NCBI GenBank assembly: GCA_026393975.1
Contig: JAPKZD010000012.1
Span: 27,007 to 91,006, forward strand
Source of the DNA: Candidatus Aminicenantes bacterium
GTDB lineage: Bacteria; Acidobacteriota; Aminicenantia; Aminicenantales; Saccharicenantaceae
Reading direction: 5' to 3'
Length of the DNA stretch: 64,000 nucleotides
The translations under genes were made by a program, and so were the position numbers. Shown here one piece after another: positions 37,838-48,233 of this stretch. A model generated the notes under the pieces. The model was given only the letters and a program-made list of their open reading frames with translations. It did no database searches and was not told where the DNA came from. Position 1 is the stretch's first letter. The number at the start of each line of letters is the position of its first letter.

Positions 37838-38968
37838 CTAAAAGGCTTCCTGAACGGTGACATAGAGGCCGAAGGACGCCTGGCCCCAGGCCATGTCCAG
37901 GCGCAGGTTCGTGCCCTCGCGCTTGTTCAGCATGTAGCGGATGCCAGTACCCACGGAATACTTGATGTTGTTGAGCTTGAAGTCCGCGAACTCGGGAAAG
38001 ACTTCGGCCAGCCCGGCGAACCCGGCGACGCCGATCCTCTGCGTCACCATCACCCGGTATTCGGCCTGGACGGCCAGGATGTCCTTGTCCCGGAAACGCC
38101 CCTTGTAATAGCCGCGCATGAGGGACTCCCCGCCGAGAAAGGCGAGTTTATGGAACGGGACTTCTCCGGCGGTCGACCTGATGTACGCCTGGAGGGCCAG
38201 GACTTGGTCGGGCGCGACGAGGAAATACTTGCGGCAATCGAGTTTGAGGCTGGTGAAGGTGAAGTCGCTCCCGGTCATTGCGCTATAGGTATCGACCGTG
38301 ATCTGAAAAAAGACACCCTTGCGGGGGTAGAGGACGCCGTCGCGGGTGTCCCAGTCCAAACTGACCCCGAAGCCGGAGAGTAGCCCGCCACGGCTTCCCG
38401 TGATGCTTCCCGAACTGAGCATGCCGCCGGGTTCGACCTTCTCCATCGTCGTCTGCTCGAAATCATATTGGACGCCGCCGAAAAAGTGCCCCAGAAATCT
38501 CTTCTTCACGCCTACTTGAACGGTCACGATCCGCGGCGTGTAGGATTCCTCAGCGGTCGGCGGCACGTCGTTGCCGATGCCGAAAAATTTCTGGGGCGTC
38601 CTCTCGTATCGCAGGTTGACGCTCAGGAAGAAGCGGTTGCGTTCGAAATAGATCTCGGGCTTGACCACGACTTGGAACTGCCTGGCCAAGTTGTAGGTGC
38701 CGAAGGCCCAGACGGTGGAGGCGCGGGTCTGCTCTTTGTTGCGTCCCGCGCGGAAATTGAGGATGCCGCCGCCGCCGAAAGCGAGTTTCGTCTCGGGGGA
38801 GTAATAGATGAAGGGGAAGGCGATAAGGTGCGCCTTGAAGGCGTCCTTGGAGTTTTTGGTGTCTTTTTCCGTGCCCCCGGCCTGGACATCCTGGGCGGAC
38901 GCACGACCCGGCGAGAGAACGCAGACGAAGACCAGGGCGAAAAAAAGAAAGTATCGCGTCTTGATCAT
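37838..38968 (-). CDS. POTRA-less Omp85/BamA-superfamily outer-membrane beta-barrel protein
   Basis: 376 aa. Signal peptide. Alternating beta-strand pattern. LMRGYYKG (VRGY-type lid-loop motif). C-terminal ...TVQEAF. Confidence 0.6.
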   Translation of the reverse strand: MIKTRYFLFFALVFVCVLSPGRASAQDVQAGGTEKDTKNSKDAFKAHLIAFPFIYYSPETKLAFGGGGILNFRAGRNKEQTRASTVWAFGTYNLARQFQVVVKPEIYFERNRFFLSVNLRYERTPQKFFGIGNDVPPTAEESYTPRIVTVQVGVKKRFLGHFFGGVQYDFEQTTMEKVEPGGMLSSGSITGSRGGLLSGFGVSLDWDTRDGVLYPRKGVFFQITVDTYSAMTGSDFTFTSLKLDCRKYFLVAPDQVLALQAYIRSTAGEVPFHKLAFLGGESLMRGYYKGRFRDKDILAVQAEYRVMVTQRIGVAGFAGLAEVFPEFADFKLNNIKYSVGTGIRYMLNKREGTNLRLDMAWGQASFGLYVTVQEAF

Positions 38969-39078
38969 CTCGAGTCTTTAGTCGTTTGGGGTATGATAAT
39001 GTCCGGGTCGCGAAATGTAAACCCCGGCCCTTGACCGGCGCCGGCAACGGGGCTATCCTCTCCGGCGCGGGAGGACCG

Positions 39079-40212
39079 ATGACGCCGAAAGAGAGAATGG
39101 CCGCGGCCATGTCGAGGTCCGTTCCCGACCGCGTGCCGGTAATGTGTCAGATGAGCATCGGGCACATGCTCTTGCAGACCGGGGCCGAGCCGGCCCGTTT
39201 CTGGCATGCGGCCGACGCCTTCGCCGACGGTCTCGTCAAGATGAGATCACTCTACGGCTTCGACGGGATCCTGGTCAGCCTTCACGGCCATTCCGCCGGC
39301 TGGGAACGACGCGTTGCGGCCGTGGAACAGGGGCCGGGCGGAGAGCGCATCCGCTGGAAAAACGGGGACGCGACGTTCTTCCCGTTCGACGACCTCCCCG
39401 TTGTCCATCCCGCCAGGACGCCCGTCCGTCCGGACTTCGGCCGTTTCGACCCCGAGTCACTGCCACCGGAGATCGCTTACATCCCCGTATCCCAGGGGCT
39501 CAGGTTCGCCCTCGACCCGGAACATCTCTTTGACGTCATATCCATCGTGCGGGAGCTGGCCGGAGGGGAATTCTCCATCCACGGCGAGGTGACTTCGCCT
39601 CTCGATTACTTCCTCGATCTCTTCGGCTTCGAACAGGCCATGATCGGGTTCCTCGAAGATCCCGGCCGGGCCGCCCAGGTTCTTGAGAGATTCACGGCCG
39701 GCGTCGTCGCCGTCGCCGAAGGGCTGGTCGACGAAGAGGTGGATGCCGTCAAGATCTCCTCACCGTTCGCCGGCGCGGGCTTCCTGTCGGCGGCCTTCTA
39801 CAGGACGTTTGTCCTCCCTTACGAAAGCCGGATCGTCCGGGCCATCGAAGCCCGCGGCGCCCGGGCCTACCTCCATACCTGCGGCGATATCCACGACCGG
39901 CTCGAACTCATGGCCGGCTCCGGAGCTTCGGGGATCGAGTGCCTCGACCCGCCTCCGCTCGGCCGCGTAGACCTCGCCGATGCCAAGAAGCGCATCGGGG
40001 GGAAGGTTTTTATCAAAGGAAATATCGACCCCGTCCATGTCCTCTTTTCCGGGTCGACGGAGCTCGTCCGCGCCGACGCCCTCCGCCGTGTTGCGACCGG
40101 GAAACCCGGGGGCGGCTACATCCTGAGCACGGCCTGCTCGATCGCCCCCCGGACACCCCGCGAGAACGTCCTCGTCCTCGCCGAGGCCGCCGAGGCGGGC
40201 GGCAATTATTGA
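39079..40212 (+). CDS. uroporphyrinogen-decarboxylase (URO-D)-fold family protein (MtaA/CmuA-like methyltransferase or decarboxylase homolog)
   Basis: Trimmed to ATG 39079 (GGGAGGA RBS). About 377 aa with the TIM-barrel URO-D family layout. No corrinoid partner protein adjacent. Confidence 0.5.
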   Translation: MTPKERMAAAMSRSVPDRVPVMCQMSIGHMLLQTGAEPARFWHAADAFADGLVKMRSLYGFDGILVSLHGHSAGWERRVAAVEQGPGGERIRWKNGDATFFPFDDLPVVHPARTPVRPDFGRFDPESLPPEIAYIPVSQGLRFALDPEHLFDVISIVRELAGGEFSIHGEVTSPLDYFLDLFGFEQAMIGFLEDPGRAAQVLERFTAGVVAVAEGLVDEEVDAVKISSPFAGAGFLSAAFYRTFVLPYESRIVRAIEARGARAYLHTCGDIHDRLELMAGSGASGIECLDPPPLGRVDLADAKKRIGGKVFIKGNIDPVHVLFSGSTELVRADALRRVATGKPGGGYILSTACSIAPRTPRENVLVLAEAAEAGGNY

Positions 40213-40274
40213 GTTGAAAGGACGCGGAGCCTGGGCTATAGTACTCCATTCAACGCCATCCTCAAGGAGACTCC

Positions 40275-41396
40275 ATGAAGAAGATCATCGTATTGGGTTC
40301 AGGAATGGTTGGCCGGGTCATGGCTTCCGACCTCGCTGCGGATTTCGAGGTCACCGCCGTCGACGTCAGCCAGGCCAACCTTGACGGGCTCGGGAAGACC
40401 CCTGTCAAGCGGCTGCGGGCGGACTTGTCGGACGGCGCGGCCGTCCGGGACGTCGTCCGCGAGTGCGATCTCGTCGTCGGGGCCGTGCCCGGATCCATGG
40501 GCTTCGCCACCCTGCGGGAGGTCATCGCCGCCGGGAAGAACATCGTGGACATCTCCTTTTTCCCCGAGGACGCCTTCCTCCTCGACGACGCCGCCCGGAA
40601 GGCCGGGGTGACCGCCGTCGTCGACTGCGGAGTCGCCCCGGGGATGAGCAACATGATCCTCGGCTATCACGCCGCCCGGATGGCGGTCGGACGCTTCGAA
40701 TGCTATGTCGGAGGCCTGCCTTTCCGGCGGGAATTCCCCTTCGAGTACAAGGCGCCTTTTTCGCCGGCCGACGTCATCGAGGAATACACACGGCCGGCTC
40801 GCTACGTCGAGAACGGACATGTCGTCGTCAAGCCCGCCCTCTCGGACGTCGAGCACATGGATTTCCCCGAAATCGGCACGCTCGAAGCGTTCAACTCCGA
40901 CGGACTCCGCTCGCTCCTCGCGACCATGAAGGTCCCGAACATGATCGAGAAAACCCTCCGTTATCCCGGTCACGTCGGGCACATCAGGGCCCTGCGCGAC
41001 AGCGGCTTTTTCGGCCTGGAGGAGGTCGAGGTCCGCGGCCGCAGCGTCCGGCCTCTCGACGTCACCTCGGCCGTCCTCTTCAAGCACTGGCGCCTCCACG
41101 AGGAGGACGACGAGTTCACGATCATGCGGATCATCGTCGAGGGCAAGGAGAACGGTCGTCCGAAGCGGTACACCTACGGCCTTTTCGACCGGCGGGATAG
41201 AACGACCGGATTCTCCTCGATGGCCCGAACGACGGGTTTTCCGGCGACGGCGGTCGTCCGCCTCGTCCTGACCGGCAAATTCGGCCGCAAGGGCGTCTGC
41301 CCGCCCGAATTCGTCGGGAGCGACGAAGCGTCGTTCCGCGCCATCCTGGCCGAGCTCGCCGTCAAGAACGTCGTTTACCATCAGACCGCGGATTAA
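40275..41396 (+). CDS. saccharopine dehydrogenase (NAD(P)-binding) family protein
   Basis: N-terminal Rossmann fold KIIVLGSGMVGRV. Size and sequence typical of the Sacchrp_dh family. Confidence 0.65.
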   Translation: MKKIIVLGSGMVGRVMASDLAADFEVTAVDVSQANLDGLGKTPVKRLRADLSDGAAVRDVVRECDLVVGAVPGSMGFATLREVIAAGKNIVDISFFPEDAFLLDDAARKAGVTAVVDCGVAPGMSNMILGYHAARMAVGRFECYVGGLPFRREFPFEYKAPFSPADVIEEYTRPARYVENGHVVVKPALSDVEHMDFPEIGTLEAFNSDGLRSLLATMKVPNMIEKTLRYPGHVGHIRALRDSGFFGLEEVEVRGRSVRPLDVTSAVLFKHWRLHEEDDEFTIMRIIVEGKENGRPKRYTYGLFDRRDRTTGFSSMARTTGFPATAVVRLVLTGKFGRKGVCPPEFVGSDEASFRAILAELAVKNVVYHQTAD

Positions 41397-41408
41397 GGAT
41401 CATATCCC

Positions 41409-44216
41409 ATGAGAAGAGAGTTTTCTCTTGCTAGCTTGGTCGCGGTTCTCATCGTCCTCGGCCCCGTGATCGTTCCGGCCCAGGGCCGAGCCCCGGGCAA
41501 GGCCAAGACGCCGGCCACAGCTCCTCTCAACGCCGCGGAGATCTTGAAAACTCTGGATTATCGCTCTATCGGGCCGACCCAGCAGAGCGGCCGGTTCGTC
41601 GATTTCGCCGTCCCGCTCCAGCGGCCGAACACGTTCTACGCGGCCGCGGCCTCGGGCGGCCTGTGGAAGACGGAGAACAACGGCCAGACGTTCGAACCGC
41701 TTTTCGAGAACGAGAAGGTCTTCTCGATCGGCGACGTCGCCGTTTCCCCGGCCAACCCCGACATCCTCTGGCTGGGCTCGGGCGAGGCCAACAACTCGCG
41801 CTCGACGTACTGGGGGGACGGCGTCTACAAGTCCGCCGACGCCGGTAAGACCTGGCGCAACATGGGTCTAAAGGAATCCCATCATATCGGGCGGGTCGTC
41901 ATCAACCCGGCCAACCCCGACATCGTCTACGTGGCCGCCTTGGGCCCCCTTTACTCGGAAAACGCCGAGCGCGGCGTCTACAAGACGACCGATGGCGGCA
42001 TCATGTGGACCAAAGTCCTTGACATCGTTGCCGATGGACGGACGATCGGAGTCGTCGACTTGGTCATGGACCCGGCCGACCCGGAGACTCTCTATGCCGC
42101 TTCCTATGACCGGCTCCGCAAGCCCTGGACGTTCCAGCTCGGCGGGCCGGGCTCAGGCGTCCACAAGACGACCGACGGCGGCAGGACCTGGACGAAACTC
42201 ACGAACGGCCTGCCCGGCGGCATCCTCGGCCGCATTGGCCTGGCCGTCTACGCCAAGAACCCGAACATCCTCTACGCCATGGTCGAAAACGCCAACAAGC
42301 CGGGCATGTCCCCGGCCGACCGGTGGCAGGAGATCCTCGAGGGCAAGACGAGCCAGGGCATGATCGATGGAGAGATCTACCGCACGGACGACGCCGGTGC
42401 GGCCTGGCGCAAAGTCAGCCCGGACAAGCGGAGCATCGGCGGCGCGCCGGGATACTACTACGGGCAGATCATCATCGACCCCAAAGACGACAACGTCGTT
42501 TACATCCTAAGCGTCGGCGTCCTGGCCAGCCGCGATGGCGGGAAGACGTGGACCTCCCCCTTCCGCTTCGGCGGCGACAATCACGCCTTCTGGATCGATC
42601 CCGAGGACAGCAACCACATGCTCCTCGGCTACGACCATGGCCTGGGCGTGACCTGGGACGGCGGGAAGAACTGGTATCATCCGGACTTCCTGCCCCTGGC
42701 CCAGTTCTACGCCATCGATTTCGACATGTCTTATCCGTATCGGGTCGCGGGCGGCCTCCAGGACAACGGCTCGCTCATGGGGCCGAGCACGAACGTCGGC
42801 GGCGGCGGGGGCTTTTCCGGGGTGGGGCGGGGGACCGGCGGCAGCGTGCCGAGCGGACCGCCCATCCGCCTCGAGGATTGGTTCGGCGTGGGCGGCGGGG
42901 ACGGTATGTACAATGTCTTCGACCGGGCAACCAACCGCTACCTCTACAACGAATCCCAGTTCGGGCCCCTCTCCCGGATCGACCTCTTGACCGGCGAGGC
43001 CAAGAGTATCGCCTACCAGCGCCAGAAGCCCGAGATGCGCTGGAACTGGTGCGCCCCGGTCCACGTCTCCGTCCACAATAGCGACACGGTCTACCACTGC
43101 GGCAACATCGTCGTCATGTCCGTGAACCGCGGCGAGTCCTGGACGGAGATCAGCCCGGACCTGACGACGAACGACCCGGCAAAGCTCACGGTCGAAGGCA
43201 AGGGCGGAGACGGGAATATCCAATATTGCACGATCACGACCTTCGACGAATCGCCCCTCGTCCCCGGGCTTCTCTGGGCCGGCACCGACGACGGGAACGT
43301 CTGGGTCAGCCGGGACAACGGCAAGGCCTGGGTCAAGCTCAACGACAAGATCTTGGGAAACCCCGGCTATTGGGTCAGCCGCGTCGCGGCGTCGAACTCG
43401 GATCCCGGAACGGCCTACGTCAGCTACACGGGTTTCCGGAACGACGACTTCCGCCCGTACGTCTATAAAACGACGGACTACGGCGCCTCTTGGATGTCCC
43501 TGGCCGGCGGGCTGGCCGAAGGGCCGGTCAACGTCATCCGGGAGGACGTCAAGAACCCGAACCTCCTCTTCGCCGGAACGGACTTCGGTGTCTATGTCTC
43601 GATCGACGGCGGCAAGGCGTGGATGAAGATGAAAAACGACTTGCCGACCCAGCCCGTCCAAGACCTCAAGGTCCATCCGCGGGAGGCCGACCTCATCGTC
43701 GCCACGCACGGCCGCGGCGCCTATATCGCCGACATCAAACCCCTTCAGGAGCTCAGCGCCGACATCCTGGCCGAGGACGTCCATCTCTTCGCCATCGAGT
43801 CCAAGGTCCGTTGGGTCGGCTCGGACCGGCGTGAATCTGGCTCCTCGAACTTCGCCGGCGAGAGCGAACCGGCGGGAATGGTCGTTTACTACAGCCTCAA
43901 GGCCAAGCCCAAGGGCGACGTGAAGCTCCAGGTCTACGCCGGCAACATGCTGCTCAACGAGATCAAGAGCACGGCCGACGTCGGGCTGAACAAGGCTTTC
44001 TGGAATATGACCGGCCGGCGCGAACGGACGGCCGAGGAGAAGAAAGCCGCCCAGGAAGGGGCCGGCCGGCGCCGTGAAATGGGCTATGGCGACATGGGCG
44101 GGGACCCGAATTTCGCTTCGTTCCCTGTTCAGCCGGGCGAATATAGGTTCGTCCTTTCGGTCGAGGGCAAGACGATGACCGCGTCCGCATCCGTTCTCAA
44201 GGACCCGCGGTACTAG
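41409..44216 (+). CDS. secreted BNR/sortilin (VPS10)-type repeat beta-propeller protein (GH74-like / glycosyl hydrolase BNR repeat family)
   Basis: 935 aa. Signal peptide. Many S-x-D-x-G-x-T-W BNR motifs (SADAGKTWR, TTDGGIMWT, TTDGGRTWT, SRDGGKTWT, TTDYGASW). Confidence 0.65.
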   Translation: MRREFSLASLVAVLIVLGPVIVPAQGRAPGKAKTPATAPLNAAEILKTLDYRSIGPTQQSGRFVDFAVPLQRPNTFYAAAASGGLWKTENNGQTFEPLFENEKVFSIGDVAVSPANPDILWLGSGEANNSRSTYWGDGVYKSADAGKTWRNMGLKESHHIGRVVINPANPDIVYVAALGPLYSENAERGVYKTTDGGIMWTKVLDIVADGRTIGVVDLVMDPADPETLYAASYDRLRKPWTFQLGGPGSGVHKTTDGGRTWTKLTNGLPGGILGRIGLAVYAKNPNILYAMVENANKPGMSPADRWQEILEGKTSQGMIDGEIYRTDDAGAAWRKVSPDKRSIGGAPGYYYGQIIIDPKDDNVVYILSVGVLASRDGGKTWTSPFRFGGDNHAFWIDPEDSNHMLLGYDHGLGVTWDGGKNWYHPDFLPLAQFYAIDFDMSYPYRVAGGLQDNGSLMGPSTNVGGGGGFSGVGRGTGGSVPSGPPIRLEDWFGVGGGDGMYNVFDRATNRYLYNESQFGPLSRIDLLTGEAKSIAYQRQKPEMRWNWCAPVHVSVHNSDTVYHCGNIVVMSVNRGESWTEISPDLTTNDPAKLTVEGKGGDGNIQYCTITTFDESPLVPGLLWAGTDDGNVWVSRDNGKAWVKLNDKILGNPGYWVSRVAASNSDPGTAYVSYTGFRNDDFRPYVYKTTDYGASWMSLAGGLAEGPVNVIREDVKNPNLLFAGTDFGVYVSIDGGKAWMKMKNDLPTQPVQDLKVHPREADLIVATHGRGAYIADIKPLQELSADILAEDVHLFAIESKVRWVGSDRRESGSSNFAGESEPAGMVVYYSLKAKPKGDVKLQVYAGNMLLNEIKSTADVGLNKAFWNMTGRRERTAEEKKAAQEGAGRRREMGYGDMGGDPNFASFPVQPGEYRFVLSVEGKTMTASASVLKDPRY

Positions 44217-44372
44217 GCACGAGACAAGACAAAGCGACTGGGCCGGCGGGATAGAGCCCGATTACGTCGTCCATTCCACCGGGTCCGGCGGGACGCCGGC
44301 CCTCTTCCCCAACCGGGAAAAGATCGTCAGCCTCCTCGCCCGAAAATCCTGAACGCCGGACGTTCCCGGTCC

Positions 44373-45323
44373 CTATCGGCCGGCGCTTTTCAGGTACTTG
44401 AAGAACTCGCTGTCCGTCGATAGGACGAGCCAGGTGTCCTTCTCGAGCGCCGCCCGGTAGGTCTCGAGTGTCTTGAGGAACTGGTAGAATTCGGGGTCAA
44501 GGTTATAGGCCAGAGCGTAGATCTTGGTCGCCTCGGCGTCGGCCTTGCCTTTGATCTCCTGGGCTTTCCGGTAAGCCTCGGAGACGATCCGCTTCAGCTC
44601 CCGCTCTTTCTGGCCGCTGATCTCGGCGCTCTTGCCGTCGCCTTCCGACCTGTACTTGGAGGCGATCCTCTTCCGCTCGGCGATCATCCGGTCGAAGACC
44701 TTGCGCTGGACCTCGTCGACGTAGTTCACGCGCTTGATCTGGACGTCCTTGAGCTCGACGCCGAACGTTTGGGTGATCTTGGCCGCGCTCTCGAGGATGA
44801 TCTTGGCCAGCTTCTCGCGGCCCGTCCCGATCTTGCCGACGACCTCGGAAAAATCGAGCAGGGCGGCGTCCTCGGTCAACTCGAAGTTACGGTTCGAGCT
44901 CCGGACGATCTCGATGAGGTCGAAGTTGGCGATGGCGTTGCGGGTCTCGCCGTCGACGATATCGTCCAGCCGGCTGTGGGCGCCCCGCTCATCCCGGACC
45001 CGCTGGAAGAAAACCAGGGGGTCGCTGATCCTCCAGCGGCAATAGGTGTCGATCCAAATGTACTTCTTGTCCTTGGTCGGGATCTGGTTGGGGTCGCCGT
45101 CCCACTCGAGCCAGCGCTTATCGAAAAAGTGGGTCTTCTGAATGAACGGCGTCTTGAAATGAAGGCCGGCGGTCGTGATCGCCCCGCCCATCGGCTCGCC
45201 GAACTGGGTGATGATGACCTGGTCCATCTCGGAAACGACATAGACGGAGTCCAGGAAAACGAGGAGCCCGAGGAGAAGCGCCCCGATGATGACGACGAGA
45301 AACGTCGTGCTTTTGGTGTTCAC
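44373..45323 (-). CDS. hflC: protease modulator HflC (SPFH/band-7)
   Basis: 316 aa. N-terminal TM, then the SPFH domain. 4-nt overlap with hflK upstream. Confidence 0.8.
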   Translation of the reverse strand: MNTKSTTFLVVIIGALLLGLLVFLDSVYVVSEMDQVIITQFGEPMGGAITTAGLHFKTPFIQKTHFFDKRWLEWDGDPNQIPTKDKKYIWIDTYCRWRISDPLVFFQRVRDERGAHSRLDDIVDGETRNAIANFDLIEIVRSSNRNFELTEDAALLDFSEVVGKIGTGREKLAKIILESAAKITQTFGVELKDVQIKRVNYVDEVQRKVFDRMIAERKRIASKYRSEGDGKSAEISGQKERELKRIVSEAYRKAQEIKGKADAEATKIYALAYNLDPEFYQFLKTLETYRAALEKDTWLVLSTDSEFFKYLKSAGR

Positions 45324-46300
45324 TTCTTCACCTCCTCGCCCAAATTCAGAAGGGGCAAGACATTCCTCTGGTTCTGGTCGACGACGATCTTCCTGGTGAT
45401 CTTGGGCAGGATGTCGTTGAGGGCCTCGAGATAAAGCCGCTTACGGGTGACCGCGGGGGCCTTGGCGTATTCCCTGTAGACCGCGGAGAACCGGTTGGCG
45501 TCGCCCGCGGCGTTGTTGACCCTTTCCGTGGCGTATCCCTCGGCGCCGCGGAGCACCTGCTCGGCCTCGCCCGACGCCCGCGGGATCACCTGGTTGTATT
45601 CGGCCCAGGATTCGTTGATCTTTTTCTCTTTTTCCTGGAGGGCCTCGTTGACGTCGTTGAAAGAGGGTTTGACGCTTTCCGGCGGATTGACGTCCTGGAA
45701 GATGAGCTGGCTGACTTCGATGCCGATCTCATAGGAGTCGCAGAGCTGCTGGAGGAGGGACTTGGATTCATCAGCGATGCGGGTCCTGCCGACGGTAATG
45801 ACCTCGTCGACCGAGCTGTCTCCAACGACGCGCCGGACGACGGCTTCCGTCATGTCGCGGAAGGTCGCCTCGGCCTCCCGCATCTTGAACAGGAAGAGAA
45901 ACGGGTCCCTGATCTTATATTGGACGATCCACTCGGCGTCGACGACGTTGAGGTCGCCGGTGAGCATCAACGATTCACCCTTGGTTTCGGGGGTCGTGGC
46001 GTACTCGGAATTAATCCCGGCGCGCGTGGTCCGGAAGCCGAACTCCTGCTTGAGCTGCCGCTGGACCGGGACACGGGTCAGCCGCTCGATCCCCAGGGGG
46101 AGTTTCATGTGAAGACCCGGCTCGGACGTTCGGACGAACTTGCCGAAACGGAGGATGACGCCCATCTCCTCGGGGGCGACCTGGTAGAAGGACCCCCAAA
46201 GGAGAACGACCGCGGCGAGTCCCAAAAGGACCCCCTTCACGACCTTGGGCGGGATTTTCGGCCATTCGGGCCGCGGGATGGATTGAAAGTCATAAGCCAT
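45320..46300 (-). CDS. hflK: protease modulator HflK (SPFH/band-7)
   Basis: 326 aa. TM, then the SPFH domain. Typical hflK-hflC pair. Confidence 0.8.
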   Translation of the reverse strand: MAYDFQSIPRPEWPKIPPKVVKGVLLGLAAVVLLWGSFYQVAPEEMGVILRFGKFVRTSEPGLHMKLPLGIERLTRVPVQRQLKQEFGFRTTRAGINSEYATTPETKGESLMLTGDLNVVDAEWIVQYKIRDPFLFLFKMREAEATFRDMTEAVVRRVVGDSSVDEVITVGRTRIADESKSLLQQLCDSYEIGIEVSQLIFQDVNPPESVKPSFNDVNEALQEKEKKINESWAEYNQVIPRASGEAEQVLRGAEGYATERVNNAAGDANRFSAVYREYAKAPAVTRKRLYLEALNDILPKITRKIVVDQNQRNVLPLLNLGEEVKK

Positions 46301-46311
46301 TTCGACCTCGC

Positions 46312-46345
46312 TTGAAAAAGTACAATTCCCGGTTCGAAGCCGGGG
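46312..46345 (-). terminator. intrinsic terminator downstream of thrC
   Basis: Minus-strand RNA CCCCGGCUUCGAACCGGG followed by AAUUGUACUUUUU. Confidence 0.5.
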
Positions 46346-46388
46346 TGGGTGACCCTAATTATAACACATAATCGGCTAACTCAACCCA

Positions 46389-47600
46389 TTAACGTATCAT
46401 GCGCGAGAGGCACGACTCGAGCCCGGACAGGGAAACCTTATGGACCTCCACGGGGACGGATTCGAGGAGATGTGGCGTCTTGAGGCCGCTCCCGGTGAGG
46501 ATGAGCACGGCGTCGTCGTTCGTTTTCGTGGTCCGCCCGGAAGAGGCGAGTTTCTTCAAGGCGGCGAGGGTCGTCGCGGACTCGGGCTGGCAGAAGAGGC
46601 CTTCGGCGGCAGCCAGCTCCCGCTGGGCCTCGAGCATTTCCTCGTCCGTCACGGCGAGAAGAATGCCCTTGTGGGCGCGGATCATGCGAAGAACGGCGTT
46701 CCCGGCCGGAGGGGTGGGGTTGGAGATGGCGTGGGCGATGGTGCGGACTTCGGCCGGTCTTTCATATCGATCGAGCCCCGCGGCGAAGGCAGTGGCGAGA
46801 GGGGCGCAGCCCTGGGCCTGGACTCCGACGAAGGTGGGATAAGTCGTGATCAGCTTTTCCCGCTCAAGGTCTTCGAAGGCCCGCATGAGGCCGAGGAGGT
46901 GGCCGCCCGAGCTCAAGGGCACGAAAAGGAAACGGGGAGAACGCCGCCCCAACTGGAGGTAGATTTCGAACGTGGTGAGCTTGTAGCCTTCCATGCGGTA
47001 CGGGTCGATGGAGTTCATGAACGAAATGCCGAGTCTCTTGCCGATATCGAGACTGGCCCGGAAGAGGCTCCCATAGTCCCCTTCGACGGCGATGAGCCGG
47101 GGACCGTGAATGCCGGCGGCCTTGAGGCTGGTCACAGCGGTTCCTTCTTTGAGGAGGACGAACGTCTCCAGGCCGGCCCGGGCGCCATAGGCGGCCGTCG
47201 AAGCGGCCATGTTTCCCGTCGAAACCGTCCCGATGCGCTTGAAGCCCAGGGAAACGGCTTTTTGGACGGCCATGGCCGTGCCGCGGTCCTTGAAGCTTCC
47301 CGTGGGATTTTGGGCCTCGTTTTTCGCGTAAACGGCCGAAAGACCCATGGCGGCCCCGGTGCGCTCGAGGCGGACAAGCGGCGTCAGGCCTTCGCCCAGG
47401 CTCAGGCCGGGGTCGATGCCGTCGAGCGGCAGGAAATCGGCGAACCGCTCGAGCGCGAGCGGCCGGTCCTCATGGATGACCTTCTTGCCGGAGCGGACGG
47501 CGGGAACGATGAACAGCGGTTCGCCGCAACTGGGGCAGAAAGGGGAGTAGGGGTCGCGCGAGGCGACCGGGCCGCAGACGAGGCATTCGAACCTGTCCAT
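46389..47600 (-). CDS. thrC: threonine synthase
   Basis: N-terminal Cys4 zinc ribbon (CLVCG...CPSCG). PLP lysine motif SFKDRG. Confidence 0.85.
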   Translation of the reverse strand: MDRFECLVCGPVASRDPYSPFCPSCGEPLFIVPAVRSGKKVIHEDRPLALERFADFLPLDGIDPGLSLGEGLTPLVRLERTGAAMGLSAVYAKNEAQNPTGSFKDRGTAMAVQKAVSLGFKRIGTVSTGNMAASTAAYGARAGLETFVLLKEGTAVTSLKAAGIHGPRLIAVEGDYGSLFRASLDIGKRLGISFMNSIDPYRMEGYKLTTFEIYLQLGRRSPRFLFVPLSSGGHLLGLMRAFEDLEREKLITTYPTFVGVQAQGCAPLATAFAAGLDRYERPAEVRTIAHAISNPTPPAGNAVLRMIRAHKGILLAVTDEEMLEAQRELAAAEGLFCQPESATTLAALKKLASSGRTTKTNDDAVLILTGSGLKTPHLLESVPVEVHKVSLSGLESCLSRMIR

Positions 47601-47739
47601 ATCTTTTCTCCTGCCGGAAGATCCACCCGATTATAGACCGAAACGGGGAGCCGTGCCTATACGAATCGAGAACCTGCTGCTGCGGGCGAGAGCCCGATGT
47701 TTGCGGGAGAGAGACGTTCCGGAGTAAAATCCTCTGGCC

Positions 47740-48204
47740 ATGAACGATACCGTTTTCATGAAAGCAGCCCTGCAAGAAGCGGCCAAGGCCGCGACGGCAT
47801 GGGAGGTCCCCGTCGGTGCCGTCGTCGTCCGGGATGGCCACATCGTCGCCCGCGGTTCGAACAAGCCCGTCAAGAGCTCCGACCCCACGGCCCACGCCGA
47901 GATCGTCGCCCTTCGCAAGGCGGCCAGGAAGGCCGGAAACTATCGCCTGCCGGACTGCGACCTCTACGTGACCGTCGAGCCCTGCGCGATGTGCCTAGGC
48001 GCCCTCGTCCAGGCCCGGATCCGACGCCTTGTTTTCGGCACGCTCGACCCCAAGGCCGGCGCCGTCTCGTCGATCATGAAGTTCCCTTTCGAGCGAACCA
48101 ATCATCGGCCCGAAATCGTCGGCGGCATCCTGGCCGGCGAGTGCGCCAAGCTCCTCCGCGACTTCTTCCATGGCCGTAGAAAGAAATTACGATTTCGGCT
48201 ATAA
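47740..48204 (+). CDS. tadA: tRNA adenosine(34) deaminase
   Basis: HAEI and PCAMC zinc-binding CDA motifs. 154 aa. Confidence 0.85.
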   Translation: MNDTVFMKAALQEAAKAATAWEVPVGAVVVRDGHIVARGSNKPVKSSDPTAHAEIVALRKAARKAGNYRLPDCDLYVTVEPCAMCLGALVQARIRRLVFGTLDPKAGAVSSIMKFPFERTNHRPEIVGGILAGECAKLLRDFFHGRRKKLRFRL

Positions 48205-48233
48205 TCCAGGCTCTTCTCGTGTCCCGTTATTGC

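Noticed and set aside
40299-43784. Minus-strand ORFs opposite the saccharopine-DH-like and BNR genes
   Set aside because: Shadow ORFs with no motifs. BNR repeats and the Rossmann fold are in the plus frames.
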